Source of the DNA: Actinomycetota bacterium
GTDB lineage: Bacteria; Actinomycetota; Acidimicrobiia; Acidimicrobiales; Iamiaceae
Assembly: GCA_963169755.1 (NCBI GenBank)
Contig: CAUJFC010000220.1
Location: 1-48,012 of the forward strand
DNA: 48,012 nt
Direction: 5' to 3'
The notes below the pieces were generated by a model. That model saw only the letters and a program-made list of their open reading frames with translations, was not told the DNA's origin and searched no databases. Of this stretch, positions 28,898 through 39,117 are shown in pieces. Every line of letters starts with the position of its first letter. Positions within the stretch are counted from its first letter, which is position 1. Made by a program: the position numbers and the translations under genes.

Positions 28898-30265
28898 CTC
28901 GCTCTCAGACCGAGGCCGGACGGCTCCGCGATTTCGTCGTAACAGTCCGGCACGCTCCCATCCAGCAACGATCGCGACCGCGGCCAGAACCGCGATCGTG
29001 GGCTCGGCGCTGACCCGGATGCGAGTACCGCCGTAGATCGCCAAGGTGGTGGCAAGCGCAACGGCCGGCCCCGACATCAGAACGATCAACTGGCGGCGGC
29101 GTGGACCGCGCGCCACCAGTACGCCACCAAGCGCTACCAACGGCATCATGGCCCAGTGGACCCATAGGGCTGCTCGTTGGTACGCCGGCGCACCACCGAT
29201 CTTGGCGTCGAACTGAAGGGCGTGGTCAATGTGATAGATGCCAAGGGTTCGTCCCACCCTGGCCAGAAGAACCCGAGGTAACTCATCGACGTTGTCGCGC
29301 GCGAAATCAGCAGCGCTGGCGCGGTAGTCGCCGTCGACCGCGACTATGTAGTCGATCTGCTCCATACCCCAAGACAGCCGGGTGCGCCGAATGAGCCAGT
29401 TCCGATCGCAGTCGATCGAGCCGGTACCGGGGCCGAAGTAGCTCTCGGGACAGTTGGCGATCGCCATCGTCACACCGCCGTTCATCGACAGTGACCAGAC
29501 GCCGTAGGTGGATCTGACCCACAGCATCCAGGGGGCAATCGATACGGCCACCACCCCAAGTCCCACGAGAACACGCGCCAGTCGCCCTCGTCGAGCCCCG
29601 CACCAGGCCACCGGAAACACCAGGAACGGAACGAACAGAATCGCTTCGCTTCGCACCATCACGGCCGCCCCCACCATCAAACCCATACCGGCAACGGCCA
29701 GCAGATTGGATCGCTCCAAGGCAAGGAGTCCTGCTGAGAGCAGGCCCGCCACCACCACGCCATACAGGGCATCGCTGGCCATGAAGCCCGGGTACTGGAA
29801 CCACACCGGATGCAAGGCCACGATCCCGGCCGCCACTAAGGCAACCAGGTCGCCGCCAATTCTACGGGCTGCCAGGCCGGTCAACCCCACCGCCGCGGCC
29901 GCCAGCACCGAGAGCAGAACCCGTTGCTCGTCCCATGACTCGAAGCCCGCCAGCATCCCTCCCGCCAATACCAACGGAAACAGTGGGGGATGATTGCCGG
30001 CAGGCGTCCACTCATAGTCCGAGGGCCAGTGCGTGAACCTCGGGTTGTATCCCAGTCCATCACCATTGGCGATGCTCTCAGCGGTCAGGTGGTAGATCTC
30101 GGCATCGACCCCAGGGGGTAGGTCGGTAGCAATCAACAGTGAGAAGGCACTCCTCACCGCCGCTCCCACCAACACCATCCCCAGCAGCCAGTACCGAAAG
30201 CCCCGCACGGCCCGGCCCGGGGACTTGTCTGAAGCGTCGACCAATTCCGATCCAATCTGACGCAA
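28880..30265 (-). CDS. GT-C (GT39/PMT_2, ArnT-like) polytopic glycosyltransferase
   Basis: D...YH...A..I..G.G, HPPLFP, many TM helices, VRSE; 18-nt convergent overlap with the peroxiredoxin; start uncertain. Confidence 0.75.
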   Translation of the reverse strand: MRQIGSELVDASDKSPGRAVRGFRYWLLGMVLVGAAVRSAFSLLIATDLPPGVDAEIYHLTAESIANGDGLGYNPRFTHWPSDYEWTPAGNHPPLFPLVLAGGMLAGFESWDEQRVLLSVLAAAAVGLTGLAARRIGGDLVALVAAGIVALHPVWFQYPGFMASDALYGVVVAGLLSAGLLALERSNLLAVAGMGLMVGAAVMVRSEAILFVPFLVFPVAWCGARRGRLARVLVGLGVVAVSIAPWMLWVRSTYGVWSLSMNGGVTMAIANCPESYFGPGTGSIDCDRNWLIRRTRLSWGMEQIDYIVAVDGDYRASAADFARDNVDELPRVLLARVGRTLGIYHIDHALQFDAKIGGAPAYQRAALWVHWAMMPLVALGGVLVARGPRRRQLIVLMSGPAVALATTLAIYGGTRIRVSAEPTIAVLAAVAIVAGWERAGLLRRNRGAVRPRSESELVQTA

Positions 30266-30355
30266 GAGGCTGCCGATCAGTACCGCCCACGTTGCCCCGC
30301 AGCCTAACGGATGACCTAACGGACGCTCAGCGAGCCCCGTGGGCCAGTTCCCGGG

Positions 30356-31225
30356 TCAAACGCCGTCGGCAACGCCCAGTAGACGAGATCGGCTCACTGC
30401 CCGCATTCCGCGCACCAACCCGATGATCGCCACCACCCAGGCGATGACCCCCAAGTACAGGCCGGCTGCATCGGCTCCGAACAGCGCACCGGTGCTCTGG
30501 CTGTAGGCGATCCCAATCATCGGGAGCGTGACAAGCCCGGCGGCCTGTTGAGCTGCTGCTGTGCTCTTCACCCGCGCCGACAATCGCAGGACCACCGAGA
30601 GAGTCAGGGCCAGAAACGGCGGAACCACCCACAACATCAGCACCCACCAGTTGCGGGTCGGGAAGAACCATCCGCCCACCTCCGGACCCACGAACACGTT
30701 CACCACAATCGAGTAGATGCCGAAACCCACCAGGGTGGTGAGATAGCCCGGCAGCAGACTCGCTATGAGCTTTCCCAGGTAGATCTCTCGCTCATGGGCC
30801 GGAGAATGGGCGAGAAACTCGCCGGTGCCGCGTTCTCTCTCACCCACGATCGTCGAGGCACCGATGGCGGTCGAGATGGTCAGTGGTACCACGATCGCCA
30901 CCGGCGCCAGCAAGAACACCGCCAGGGCATAGGCCGTGCGGCCCTGGTCACTCTGACCCTCGATCTGGGCCTGGGCAGCCTTGGGAAGAACCTTGAGGGT
31001 CTGCGACATCTGTGAGACGACCTGCACGTTTCCGATCGATGTGATCGACAGCAGAAGAACGATCGGAATGAACAGGAAGAAAATGGCACCGAGGAGGACC
31101 ATCGGCATCCAGAATCCCTTGTCCTCCAAAAGTTGGCGCATGTCCGAGCGCGCCACGATCCTGACCCGCCGCCAGTTCAACGATCTCCACCTGTCGTGGC
31201 CGGCCCGGTCCTGTGCTGAGCTCAC
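30356..31225 (-). CDS. ABC-2 type exporter permease
   Basis: IVGERERGTGEFLAHSP...EIYLGK; 6 TM; GTGA overlap with the ATPase stop. Confidence 0.85.
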   Translation of the reverse strand: MSSAQDRAGHDRWRSLNWRRVRIVARSDMRQLLEDKGFWMPMVLLGAIFFLFIPIVLLLSITSIGNVQVVSQMSQTLKVLPKAAQAQIEGQSDQGRTAYALAVFLLAPVAIVVPLTISTAIGASTIVGERERGTGEFLAHSPAHEREIYLGKLIASLLPGYLTTLVGFGIYSIVVNVFVGPEVGGWFFPTRNWWVLMLWVVPPFLALTLSVVLRLSARVKSTAAAQQAAGLVTLPMIGIAYSQSTGALFGADAAGLYLGVIAWVVAIIGLVRGMRAVSRSRLLGVADGV

Positions 31226-32301
31226 CTTGGGGTCTCCGATCCCGGCCAACCGGTCAGGGCGGCAACCTGGCGCTGCCGGTCAGTCACTGGTCCGCCTTCG
31301 CTGTTGTTGGGAGTTAGTTGCCGACCACCGTCGTCAGCAATCGCCTTCTTGGTCCGCACCGCGAAGTAGAGATCCTCCAGGGACGGTTCGATGGGCTCGA
31401 CCCTGACCAGACGAACACCGCGCTCCACCAGTGCCCTGACGATCTCCGCGGTCCGGTGCTCTCCATCCAGGTGGAGACGCAGGCGCGACTGGTCGGAATC
31501 GGGCTCGACGTGGATGACACCCTCAATCTCCGCAGCCCCTGCCATGGCTTGAGGATTCTCTGCCGCCACCAAGACGACGGTGCCGGGCCAGAACTGCCGG
31601 GTGAGTTCTACCGGGGTTCCGGCAACGAGGTCACGACCGTCCTCCATGACCACAACGGTGTCTGCGAGGCCTTCGGCTTCGAGTAGGAGGTGGGTGCACA
31701 TCACCACCGTGCGACCGTTGTCGGTCATCTCCCTGATCATCTCGAGCACCGCGTGACTCGACTCGGGATCCAGTCCCGAGGTCGGCTCGTCGAACAAGAG
31801 TAGATCTGGCTGATGGAGGATCGAACGAGCAAGGGCCAGCCGGGTCTTCATACCCGTTGAAAATCCTCCCACCCGCTGATCCAATGCGTGCTCGATGCCA
31901 AATCGTGCTGCCGCTGATCGGATGCGCTCATCGACCTCGGGGCCTCGGCCGAGGCCGTACAGCTCAGCGGCGTACGCAAGGTTGGCGTGGCCGTCGAGCC
32001 GGTCGTAGAGGGCAGGCTTGGCGGAGACCACACCGCAGCGCAGCCGCACCTCTTCTCCGTGACGGGACGGGTCCAGTCCGAAGGTGCGCACCGACCCACT
32101 GTGGGGGTCCAGCGCCCCGGTGATCATGCGGATGGCCGTCGTCTTACCCGCCCCGTTCGGACCGAGTAGAACGGTGATTCGATTGGCGGGCACCACCAGA
32201 TCGAGTCCGGAGAGCGCATTCACTTCTCCGAATCGTCGGGTGACCCCGTCGAGCACTACCACCGGCTCTCTACCCACAGCGGATGGAACGGTGGCCGGCA
32301 T
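31222..32301 (-). CDS. ABC exporter ATP-binding protein
   Basis: GPNGAGKTT, FSTGMKTR, DEPTSGLDP, EPSLEDLYF. Confidence 0.9.
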   Translation of the reverse strand: MPATVPSAVGREPVVVLDGVTRRFGEVNALSGLDLVVPANRITVLLGPNGAGKTTAIRMITGALDPHSGSVRTFGLDPSRHGEEVRLRCGVVSAKPALYDRLDGHANLAYAAELYGLGRGPEVDERIRSAAARFGIEHALDQRVGGFSTGMKTRLALARSILHQPDLLLFDEPTSGLDPESSHAVLEMIREMTDNGRTVVMCTHLLLEAEGLADTVVVMEDGRDLVAGTPVELTRQFWPGTVVLVAAENPQAMAGAAEIEGVIHVEPDSDQSRLRLHLDGEHRTAEIVRALVERGVRLVRVEPIEPSLEDLYFAVRTKKAIADDGGRQLTPNNSEGGPVTDRQRQVAALTGWPGSETPR

Positions 32302-32413
32302 CGGGTACAGATCGGCCCGTGGGCACCGGTACTTGATGCAATCCCGAAGAACCCAACGGCCGTTGAGGGTTCCCCGACCACAGATGGTCCCAAGGATGTC
32401 ACCTGTCGCTTGC

Positions 32414-32434
32414 TAGCATCGTACACGTGTTCGT
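32414..32434 (+). promoter_or_regulatory. -10 element (TAGCAT) followed by LexA/SOS-box-like site spanning the ruvC start codon
   Basis: TCGTAC-ACGT-GTTCGT (32419-32434) vs actinobacterial consensus TCGAAC-N4-GTTCGA, 2 mismatches. Confidence 0.55.
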
Positions 32435-32966
32435 ACTGGGTATCGATCCGGGACTGTCCCGCTGCGGCTACGGAGCCGTGCGTTCAACCAGCGCCGGGCC
32501 ACGCGCCCAGGCAGTGGGCGTGTTGCGAACCGATCCCCACGAGCCCTTGCCCGTCCGCCTAGCCGACCTTCAGCGTGATCTTCGACAGTTGCTGGCCGAG
32601 CTCCGCCCCGACGTGGTGGCGGTGGAGCGGGTGTTCTTCCAGGTCAACGTTCGAACCGCCATGTCGGTGGGGCAGGCCAGCGGCCTGGCTATGGCCGAGG
32701 CGGTGAGTGCCGGCTGCGAGGTTGCCCAGTATTCACCCAACGAGGTGAAGCTCGCCGTCGCCGGAGACGGCTCAGCGGACAAGACACAGGTCAAGTCCAT
32801 GGTGGCTCGTCTTCTCGGCCTCCGGGAGATTCCGGGCCCGGCCGACGCCGCTGACGCCACCGCCCTAGCCCTCTGCCACCTGGCTCGTTACCCGATGTCG
32901 CGCCGTCTACCCGCCGGAACCGGCCTCGACCATGCGATGGACACCACTCGGGGAGCGCGGGTGTGA
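32427..32966 (+). CDS. ruvC: Holliday junction resolvase
   Basis: LGIDPG, VAVERVFF, EVKLAVAGDGSADK, ADAADA. Confidence 0.96.
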   Translation: MFVLGIDPGLSRCGYGAVRSTSAGPRAQAVGVLRTDPHEPLPVRLADLQRDLRQLLAELRPDVVAVERVFFQVNVRTAMSVGQASGLAMAEAVSAGCEVAQYSPNEVKLAVAGDGSADKTQVKSMVARLLGLREIPGPADAADATALALCHLARYPMSRRLPAGTGLDHAMDTTRGARV

Positions 32967-33583
32967 TCGGGTCACTTCGGGGGCAGGTGATCTCCCGGTC
33001 TCCGGCGGGTGAGATTCTGATCGAGGTCGGCGGAGTCGGCTATCGGGTCACCGCCGGTCCGGCCACCTCTGCTCGCCTGGGAGACCCCGGCGACGACGTG
33101 TTCGTCTGGGTTCATCATCACATCCGGGAGGACCAGCAGGTGCTCTACGGCTTCGCCAGCGAATCAGAGCGTGAGGCATTCGAGGCACTGCTGGGAGCTC
33201 ACGGAGTGGGCCCAGCGCTGGCGTTGGCCATCCTCTCGGTTCATTCACCCGACGCGCTCGCCCAGGTGATCGCACGAGACGACGTGGCGGCGCTCTGCCT
33301 GGTACCAGGAGTGGGCAAGAAGACTGCCGCCCGGTTGCTGATCGAGCTCAAGAGCCGCCTCGACGGAGTTCCCACCACCAGCCTTGATGTCTCTGGCTCA
33401 GCCACCTCGACTCACGATCACTCTGGCTCGCGATCCGCTCTGACCGATGTAAGAGACGGCCTGGCTGAGCTGGGCTACGGATCCGAGGAGATAGCCGAGG
33501 CGACCCGGGACCTGGCCGGAGATGATCCGGCACTTCTGCTGAAGGTTGCCCTCCGGCGCCTGGCCAGCGGAGCCCGCCGATGA
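32963..33583 (+). CDS. ruvA: Holliday junction branch migration protein
   Basis: [35 protein letters not shown]. Confidence 0.96.
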   Translation: MIGSLRGQVISRSPAGEILIEVGGVGYRVTAGPATSARLGDPGDDVFVWVHHHIREDQQVLYGFASESEREAFEALLGAHGVGPALALAILSVHSPDALAQVIARDDVAALCLVPGVGKKTAARLLIELKSRLDGVPTTSLDVSGSATSTHDHSGSRSALTDVRDGLAELGYGSEEIAEATRDLAGDDPALLLKVALRRLASGARR

Positions 33584-34617
33584 GAGATGAGTTGCTCGAT
33601 CCGTCGGCGGTCGACCTAACCGAGGCCTCGGATGAGGTAGGGCTCCGACCCCGCAGCATGGATGACTTCGTGGGGCAGTCCGAGCTCAAGGAGCACTTGG
33701 GCATCATTCTGGAAGCGGCGCGTCGCAGAGGTCAGGCAGCCGACCATCTGCTGTTCGCCGGCCCGCCGGGACTCGGAAAGACCACGCTGGCGGGAATCGT
33801 CGCCGCCGAACTGGGAGTGGGGATTCAGGTCACGTCAGGACCGGCACTGGAGCGAGCTGGCGATCTGGCATCGATCCTCTCGCAGCTCGAGCCGGGTGAC
33901 GTCCTGTTCATCGATGAGATCCACCGCCTCTCCAGAGCGGTCGAAGAGGTCCTGTACCCCGCTATCGAAGACTTCCAGCTCGACATCGTGCTCGGCAAAG
34001 GGCCGGCAGCCCGCTCCATTCGCCTCGATGTACCTCGGTTCACCCTGGTCGGTGCCACCACTCGGACCGGCTTGATCACTGGTCCACTGCGCGATCGATT
34101 CGGACTGGTCGCCAGGCTCGACTACTACGAGGTCCGCGACCTGGAAGCCATCGTGGTGCGGGCCGCTTCCATTCTCGGCGTGGAAATAGATGGGGATGGA
34201 GCTGCTGAGATCGCCCGCCGATCTCGTGGTACGCCGCGTATCGCCAACCGGCTTTTGCGCCGAGTCCGTGACTTTGCCGAGGTACGCGGCACCGGCGTAG
34301 TAGATCGTGCCGCGGCGCGGGAAGGCTTGAACCTGTTCGGGGTCGACGAGCGGGGCCTGGACAAGGTTGACCGGGCAGTTCTGGAAGCGCTCTGCCGTCG
34401 ATTCGACGGCCGACCGGTCGGGCTCTCAACCCTGGCTATCAGCGTGTCGGAACCCACTGAGACCGTCGAGGACGTTCACGAGCCCTTCCTGATCCGAGAG
34501 GGATTGATCATGCGCACACCCCGTGGGCGCGTGGCCACTGCCGCCGGATGGAGACACCTGGGCCTGACACCGCCCCCACCAACCGACGACACGGCTCCGC
34601 CGGGCCTTTTCGGCTGA
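33580..34617 (+). CDS. ruvB: Holliday junction branch migration ATPase
   Basis: [30 protein letters not shown]. Confidence 0.98.
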   Translation: MRDELLDPSAVDLTEASDEVGLRPRSMDDFVGQSELKEHLGIILEAARRRGQAADHLLFAGPPGLGKTTLAGIVAAELGVGIQVTSGPALERAGDLASILSQLEPGDVLFIDEIHRLSRAVEEVLYPAIEDFQLDIVLGKGPAARSIRLDVPRFTLVGATTRTGLITGPLRDRFGLVARLDYYEVRDLEAIVVRAASILGVEIDGDGAAEIARRSRGTPRIANRLLRRVRDFAEVRGTGVVDRAAAREGLNLFGVDERGLDKVDRAVLEALCRRFDGRPVGLSTLAISVSEPTETVEDVHEPFLIREGLIMRTPRGRVATAAGWRHLGLTPPPPTDDTAPPGLFG

Positions 34618-34672
34618 CCAATGGCAGGTCGGTGCTGTGTCCGCCCGGCCGGCTCCATAGGCTTTCGCACCC

Positions 34673-35755
34673 ATGGACACGGCTGACCTTCAGTATCGGC
34701 TACCGGAGTCGGCCATCGCCCAGGAGCCAGCGGAACCACGGGACTCAGCCCGGCTCTTGGTGGCTGCTCGGGGAGCGATCAGCGAGCACCGGGTCGCGGA
34801 CCTAGCGGATCTGCTGGATCCCGATGACATCGTGGTCGTCAACGACAGCCGAGTCATTCCAGCACGCCTGCATCTCGAGAAGCGGAGCGGAGGCGCGGTT
34901 GAGGTCCTGCTACTCCATCGTCGGCCTGAGGGTTTCTGGGAGGCCCTGGTCCGTCCGGGGCGGCGGGTGCCACCCGGCACCCAGCTCCTGCTTCGTGGGT
35001 CAGCGGGTATGGGGCCAGTAGTGGTGGAGGTGGGAGACAACATCGGCGCCGATGGTCGCCGCCTGGTGCGATTCATGGAATCCGATGGCTGGACCGAACA
35101 GGACGTGCTGGCCCAGGTGGGTGAGATTCCACTCCCGCCCTACATCCACCAGACGCTTGCGAACCCTGACCGCTACCAGACCGTCTACGCCAACCGGCCA
35201 GGTTCGGTCGCGGCTCCCACGGCTGGGCTTCACCTCACCAGCGACCTCTTGAACCGGTGCGCGAACCGTGGAATAACGATCGCCAAGGTCGAGTTGCTCG
35301 TCGGCCTCGGCACATTCCGTCCGATCACAACCGAACGGGTTGAGGACCACCCGATGCACGCCGAGCAGTACCGGATTCCTTCCGCCACATCAGAGCTACT
35401 CAACACACGCTTGGCCAACCCCGGTGGTCCGGGGCGGGTGGTGGCCGTGGGCACCACCACGGTGCGGGCCCTCGAAACGTGGGCGTCAACTGGGTGTTCC
35501 GAGGGCGAGACCTCTCTGTTCATTCACGGTGACTATCCGTTCCGGATAGTTGATCGCCTTCTCACCAACTTCCACGTACCGGGAAGCTCGCTTCTGGCGA
35601 TGGTCGAGTCCTTCGGCGGGTCGTACTGGCGATCGGCCTATCAAGCGGCCTTGGACGCCGGATTCAGGTTCCTCTCCTTCGGTGACGCCATGCTGGTGGA
35701 CCGCGATGCACTTCGAACTGTGCCCCAGATCGTGGGGGAACTCGATGCATCTTGA
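34673..35755 (+). CDS. queA: SAM:tRNA ribosyltransferase-isomerase
   Basis: IAQEP, NDSRVIPARL, PLPPYI, YQTVYA, SVAAPTAGLH, AVGTT, TNFH, FLSFGDAM. Confidence 0.95.
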   Translation: MDTADLQYRLPESAIAQEPAEPRDSARLLVAARGAISEHRVADLADLLDPDDIVVVNDSRVIPARLHLEKRSGGAVEVLLLHRRPEGFWEALVRPGRRVPPGTQLLLRGSAGMGPVVVEVGDNIGADGRRLVRFMESDGWTEQDVLAQVGEIPLPPYIHQTLANPDRYQTVYANRPGSVAAPTAGLHLTSDLLNRCANRGITIAKVELLVGLGTFRPITTERVEDHPMHAEQYRIPSATSELLNTRLANPGGPGRVVAVGTTTVRALETWASTGCSEGETSLFIHGDYPFRIVDRLLTNFHVPGSSLLAMVESFGGSYWRSAYQAALDAGFRFLSFGDAMLVDRDALRTVPQIVGELDAS

Positions 35756-36866
35756 GTTGGACCAGTCGGCGAGCGACGGCGAGGCTCGCACGGGATCGAT
35801 CATCACTGCTCGCGGCGTCCTGCCGACACCTCTGTTCATGCCGGTCGGGACCAGGGCAGCGGTCAAGACGCTCGACTCGCGGGATCTGGAGGAGTTGGAC
35901 GTCCCTCTGATCCTCGGAAACACATATCACCTCATGTTGCGCCCTGGTCCAGAGCTCATCGCCCAGATGGGCGGGCTGCACCGCTTCATGAACTGGAGCG
36001 GTCACGTGCTGACTGATTCCGGCGGATACCAGGTCTTCTCACTACGACCATCGGTGACAGAGGAAGGGGCGACCTTTCGTTCGACCTATGACGGATCACG
36101 GCACCAGCTCACCCCCGAGGGAGCAGTCGAGATCCAGACCCTCCTCGGAGCCGACATCCAGATGGTGCTCGATGTGTGCCCTCCACTTCCGTCACCGGAC
36201 CGGGTCCTGCGCGAAGCAGTGGACCGGACCGTCCGCTGGGCCCGTCGGGCTAGGACGGCTTTTGAGAACGACGCCAGCCGTCGCGAGGACGGCGGACTTG
36301 TCCAGTCCCAGTTCGGCATCTGCCAAGGTGGCGTAGACACCGCTCTGCGCCGGGAGTCAGCCGATCGAACCGTTGAGATCGGATTCGACGGCTACGCAAT
36401 CGGTGGCCTGTCAGTGGGCGAGAGCCGAGCCGAGATGCTCCCAGCACTGGCCGCGGCGGTGGAACGCCTTCCCCGTTCCCAACCCCGCTATCTCATGGGG
36501 GTCGGCGACCCGGCCTCGATCGTGGAGGCGGTCGGGCTCGGGGTGGACCTGTTCGACTGTGTCCTACCTACCCGACACGCCCGCCATGGAACGGTCCTGA
36601 CCAACTCGGGCAAGCTCAACTTGAAGAGGTCGGAGTTCGAACGAGACGAACGTCCACTCGATGAAGACTGCCCATGCCCTGTGTGCTCGAGGTGGACCCG
36701 GGCCTACCTTCGCCACCTGCACCGGTTGGGCGAACCCACGGCGGCCCGGCTTCTGACCATCCACAATGTCCATTGGCTTTCCGCCCTCGTCGCTGGACTT
36801 CGGGATGCAATTGCCGAGGGAAGGTTCGTTCAGGAACGAGCCAGAGTCCTCGATGTGTGGGGATGA
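35745..36866 (+). CDS. tgt: tRNA-guanine(34) transglycosylase
   Basis: TPLFMPVGT, LGNTYHL, LTDSGGYQVFSL, GGLSVGE, PRYLMGVG, FDCVLPTR, CPCPVC...HN. Confidence 0.96.
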   Translation: MHLELDQSASDGEARTGSIITARGVLPTPLFMPVGTRAAVKTLDSRDLEELDVPLILGNTYHLMLRPGPELIAQMGGLHRFMNWSGHVLTDSGGYQVFSLRPSVTEEGATFRSTYDGSRHQLTPEGAVEIQTLLGADIQMVLDVCPPLPSPDRVLREAVDRTVRWARRARTAFENDASRREDGGLVQSQFGICQGGVDTALRRESADRTVEIGFDGYAIGGLSVGESRAEMLPALAAAVERLPRSQPRYLMGVGDPASIVEAVGLGVDLFDCVLPTRHARHGTVLTNSGKLNLKRSEFERDERPLDEDCPCPVCSRWTRAYLRHLHRLGEPTAARLLTIHNVHWLSALVAGLRDAIAEGRFVQERARVLDVWG

Positions 36867-36949
36867 GCGCTTGGGATGATGACATGGGAGTAGGTCGGCT
36901 GCCCTAAGGTCTCTCCGGCCCTATCCGCCCCTTCACCGAGTTCCCCCGC

Positions 36950-37291
36950 GTGCCACAACTGCTGTTGACCGTCCTGTTGATCGCCATCGGATGGTTTTTC
37001 CTCATTCGTCCTCAGCAGGCCCGGGTCCGTGAACAGCGAGCCATGGTGGCTGATCTCAAGGTTGGAGACCGGGTGATCAGCGCGGGAGGAATCCACGGCG
37101 TCGTTGCCTCGGTCGCTGACACCACTGTGGATCTACAGGTCGCACCAGAGGTGGTGCTGACACTGGCTCGGGCTGCGGTGGTCCGACGGCTGAGCGCCGA
37201 CGGTCAGACCCACGACAGCGACTCCGGCACCCCCCGGAACCAGACGTCCCAACCGCCCAGCAATGGAGCCCCTCAGGGAGGAATCCTGTGA
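36950..37291 (+). CDS. yajC: Preprotein translocase subunit YajC
   Basis: FFLIRPQQ, LKVGDRVISAGGIHG. Confidence 0.9.
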   Translation: MPQLLLTVLLIAIGWFFLIRPQQARVREQRAMVADLKVGDRVISAGGIHGVVASVADTTVDLQVAPEVVLTLARAAVVRRLSADGQTHDSDSGTPRNQTSQPPSNGAPQGGIL

Positions 37292-39117
37292 CCCGCCGAC
37301 AGCTACTGATACCGATGATCCTCATGCTCATCGTGTCATTCGGTGGTTCCGCTCTGGCCATGGCCACCGGAACCCGTCCGGTCCTGGGGCTGGACCTTCA
37401 GGGTGGTTTCTCGGTGGTTCTCCAGGCCAAAGAGGTCAACGGTCGGCTGCCTTCTGAAGAGTCGGTGGAAAAGGCCATGGAGATCATCCGCCAGCGGGTC
37501 GATGGCCTTGGGGTGGCTGAGCCCGACATCGCCCGCCAGGGTCGAACGGTGGTCATCCAGCTCCCTGGTGTGAAGAACCGGGCCCAGGCCGAGTCTCTGG
37601 TCGGATGCACAGCCCGCCTCGAGTTCCGCCCCGTGCTGAGCCGAGCCCCCAACCCCGACAGCCCTCTGTTCTCGGCCAGCACCTCGACGCCGGAGTCGAC
37701 CACCACCACGGTGGATTCCAAGTCATCGAGCACCAGCGCTCCCGACTCTCAGCCTTCGTCGACCACCGAAGCTGGCGAGTCGTCCGACGCCGACGTGACA
37801 TCGACCAGCGAGGCCGGTCTGGCCGAGTTCAGCGGGGGAGTGGCCGGAACCGGTACCGGCGAAGGCGCGCTACCGGTTCAGTTCGCTCCCACCACAACCA
37901 CCCTCCCTCCCAGCACGACCACCACCGCCCCGACTACCACCGTCCCCGAGACGACCACCACCGTTGCTCCGACGACGGTCGCTCCTGCCACCACCTCCAC
38001 CCCAGCAGCGACCACCACCCCTTCACCGACTGGCGGCGACGGCGCCGACCGCTCGACTGCCTGCGGCTCTTCCGGCGTGACCGTCGCACCCCCGACCACC
38101 ACCGAGGGTCTGCCCGAGGGAGCCACGAATCTCCTGTCCGATGACGGTTCGATCATCTACACCCTTGGACCAGTGGCCATGGAGGGCAATGCCCTGGGCA
38201 GGGCCGAGGCCTCCCTGTACAACGGGCAGTGGCAGGTCGTCACCTCGGTCAAGAACTCCTACAAGTCGAAGGCCAACAAGGCCTTCAACGCCTGCTATCA
38301 GGGCGATGCAACCTGTCCCAGCCAGGACGGGGGAAATGGTGCCATCGCCATCATCCTCGACGGCACCGTGTTGTCGTCCCCAGTGGTCCAGGGCCCCGAC
38401 CTCGCGTCGGGTGACAGCTTCCAGATCTCAGGAAACTTCTCTGAACGCGAGGCCAAGGATCTGGCCTTGGTGCTGCGCTATGGGTCGCTGCCCGTCGAGT
38501 TCGAGCAGGCCGCCCTCCGACAGGTCTCTGCCACTCTGGGCAGTGACTCGCTACGAGCCGGCATGGTGGCTGGTGTCATCGGAATCGCCGCTCTCTGCCT
38601 CTACATGGTCCTCTACTACCGCGGGTTCGGCATGGTGGTGGTCATCAGCCTTCTGGTGTGGATGGCGCTCATGTACGGGGTGGTGGTGCTGATGTCAGAA
38701 ACCCAGGGCCTGGCCCTGACACTGGCGGGAATCACCGGAATCATCGTGTCGGTCGGGACCACCGTTGACACCTACGTCGTGGTGTTCGAACGGGTGAAGG
38801 ACGAGGTTCGCCAGGGTCGCAACATCCGACGGGCAACCGAACTCGGCTACCAGTCCGGTATCAGAACGGTTCTCACCGCCAACGGTGCCGCCTTCATCGG
38901 AGCGTTTCTGCTCTGGTACCTCACGGTCGGACCCGTCCGGGGATTCGCCTACTTCCTCGGAATCTCGGTGATCGTTGACCTAGCGGTGGCCATCGCATTC
39001 ACCCGCCCCCTCATCCTTCTGTTGTCGCGGTCGCCGCGTTTCGCACAGGCCTCGTTCTTCGGTGTCGGCACCTCCACTGACCAGACACCACTGTCCCCGA
39101 AGGTGGTTGCGCCGTGA
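37288..39117 (+). CDS. secD: Protein translocase subunit SecD with Thr-rich insertion
   Basis: LGLDLQGG, RVDGLGVAEP, LRYGSLP, LTLAGITG, VVFERVKDE, VRGFA. Confidence 0.95.
   Translation: MTRRQLLIPMILMLIVSFGGSALAMATGTRPVLGLDLQGGFSVVLQAKEVNGRLPSEESVEKAMEIIRQRVDGLGVAEPDIARQGRTVVIQLPGVKNRAQAESLVGCTARLEFRPVLSRAPNPDSPLFSASTSTPESTTTTVDSKSSSTSAPDSQPSSTTEAGESSDADVTSTSEAGLAEFSGGVAGTGTGEGALPVQFAPTTTTLPPSTTTTAPTTTVPETTTTVAPTTVAPATTSTPAATTTPSPTGGDGADRSTACGSSGVTVAPPTTTEGLPEGATNLLSDDGSIIYTLGPVAMEGNALGRAEASLYNGQWQVVTSVKNSYKSKANKAFNACYQGDATCPSQDGGNGAIAIILDGTVLSSPVVQGPDLASGDSFQISGNFSEREAKDLALVLRYGSLPVEFEQAALRQVSATLGSDSLRAGMVAGVIGIAALCLYMVLYYRGFGMVVVISLLVWMALMYGVVVLMSETQGLALTLAGITGIIVSVGTTVDTYVVVFERVKDEVRQGRNIRRATELGYQSGIRTVLTANGAAFIGAFLLWYLTVGPVRGFAYFLGISVIVDLAVAIAFTRPLILLLSRSPRFAQASFFGVGTSTDQTPLSPKVVAP

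Noticed and set aside
32397-32419. Possible PafBC/RecA-NDp promoter motif (TGTCAC...TAGCAT) before ruvC
   Set aside because: Spacing is one base longer than the mycobacterial consensus and the hexamer is imperfect; not supportable without a lineage-specific matrix.
37880-38030. ACC-rich tandem repeats
   Set aside because: Simply encode the SecD Thr runs; no repeat-spacer structure, so not CRISPR or a distinct VNTR.
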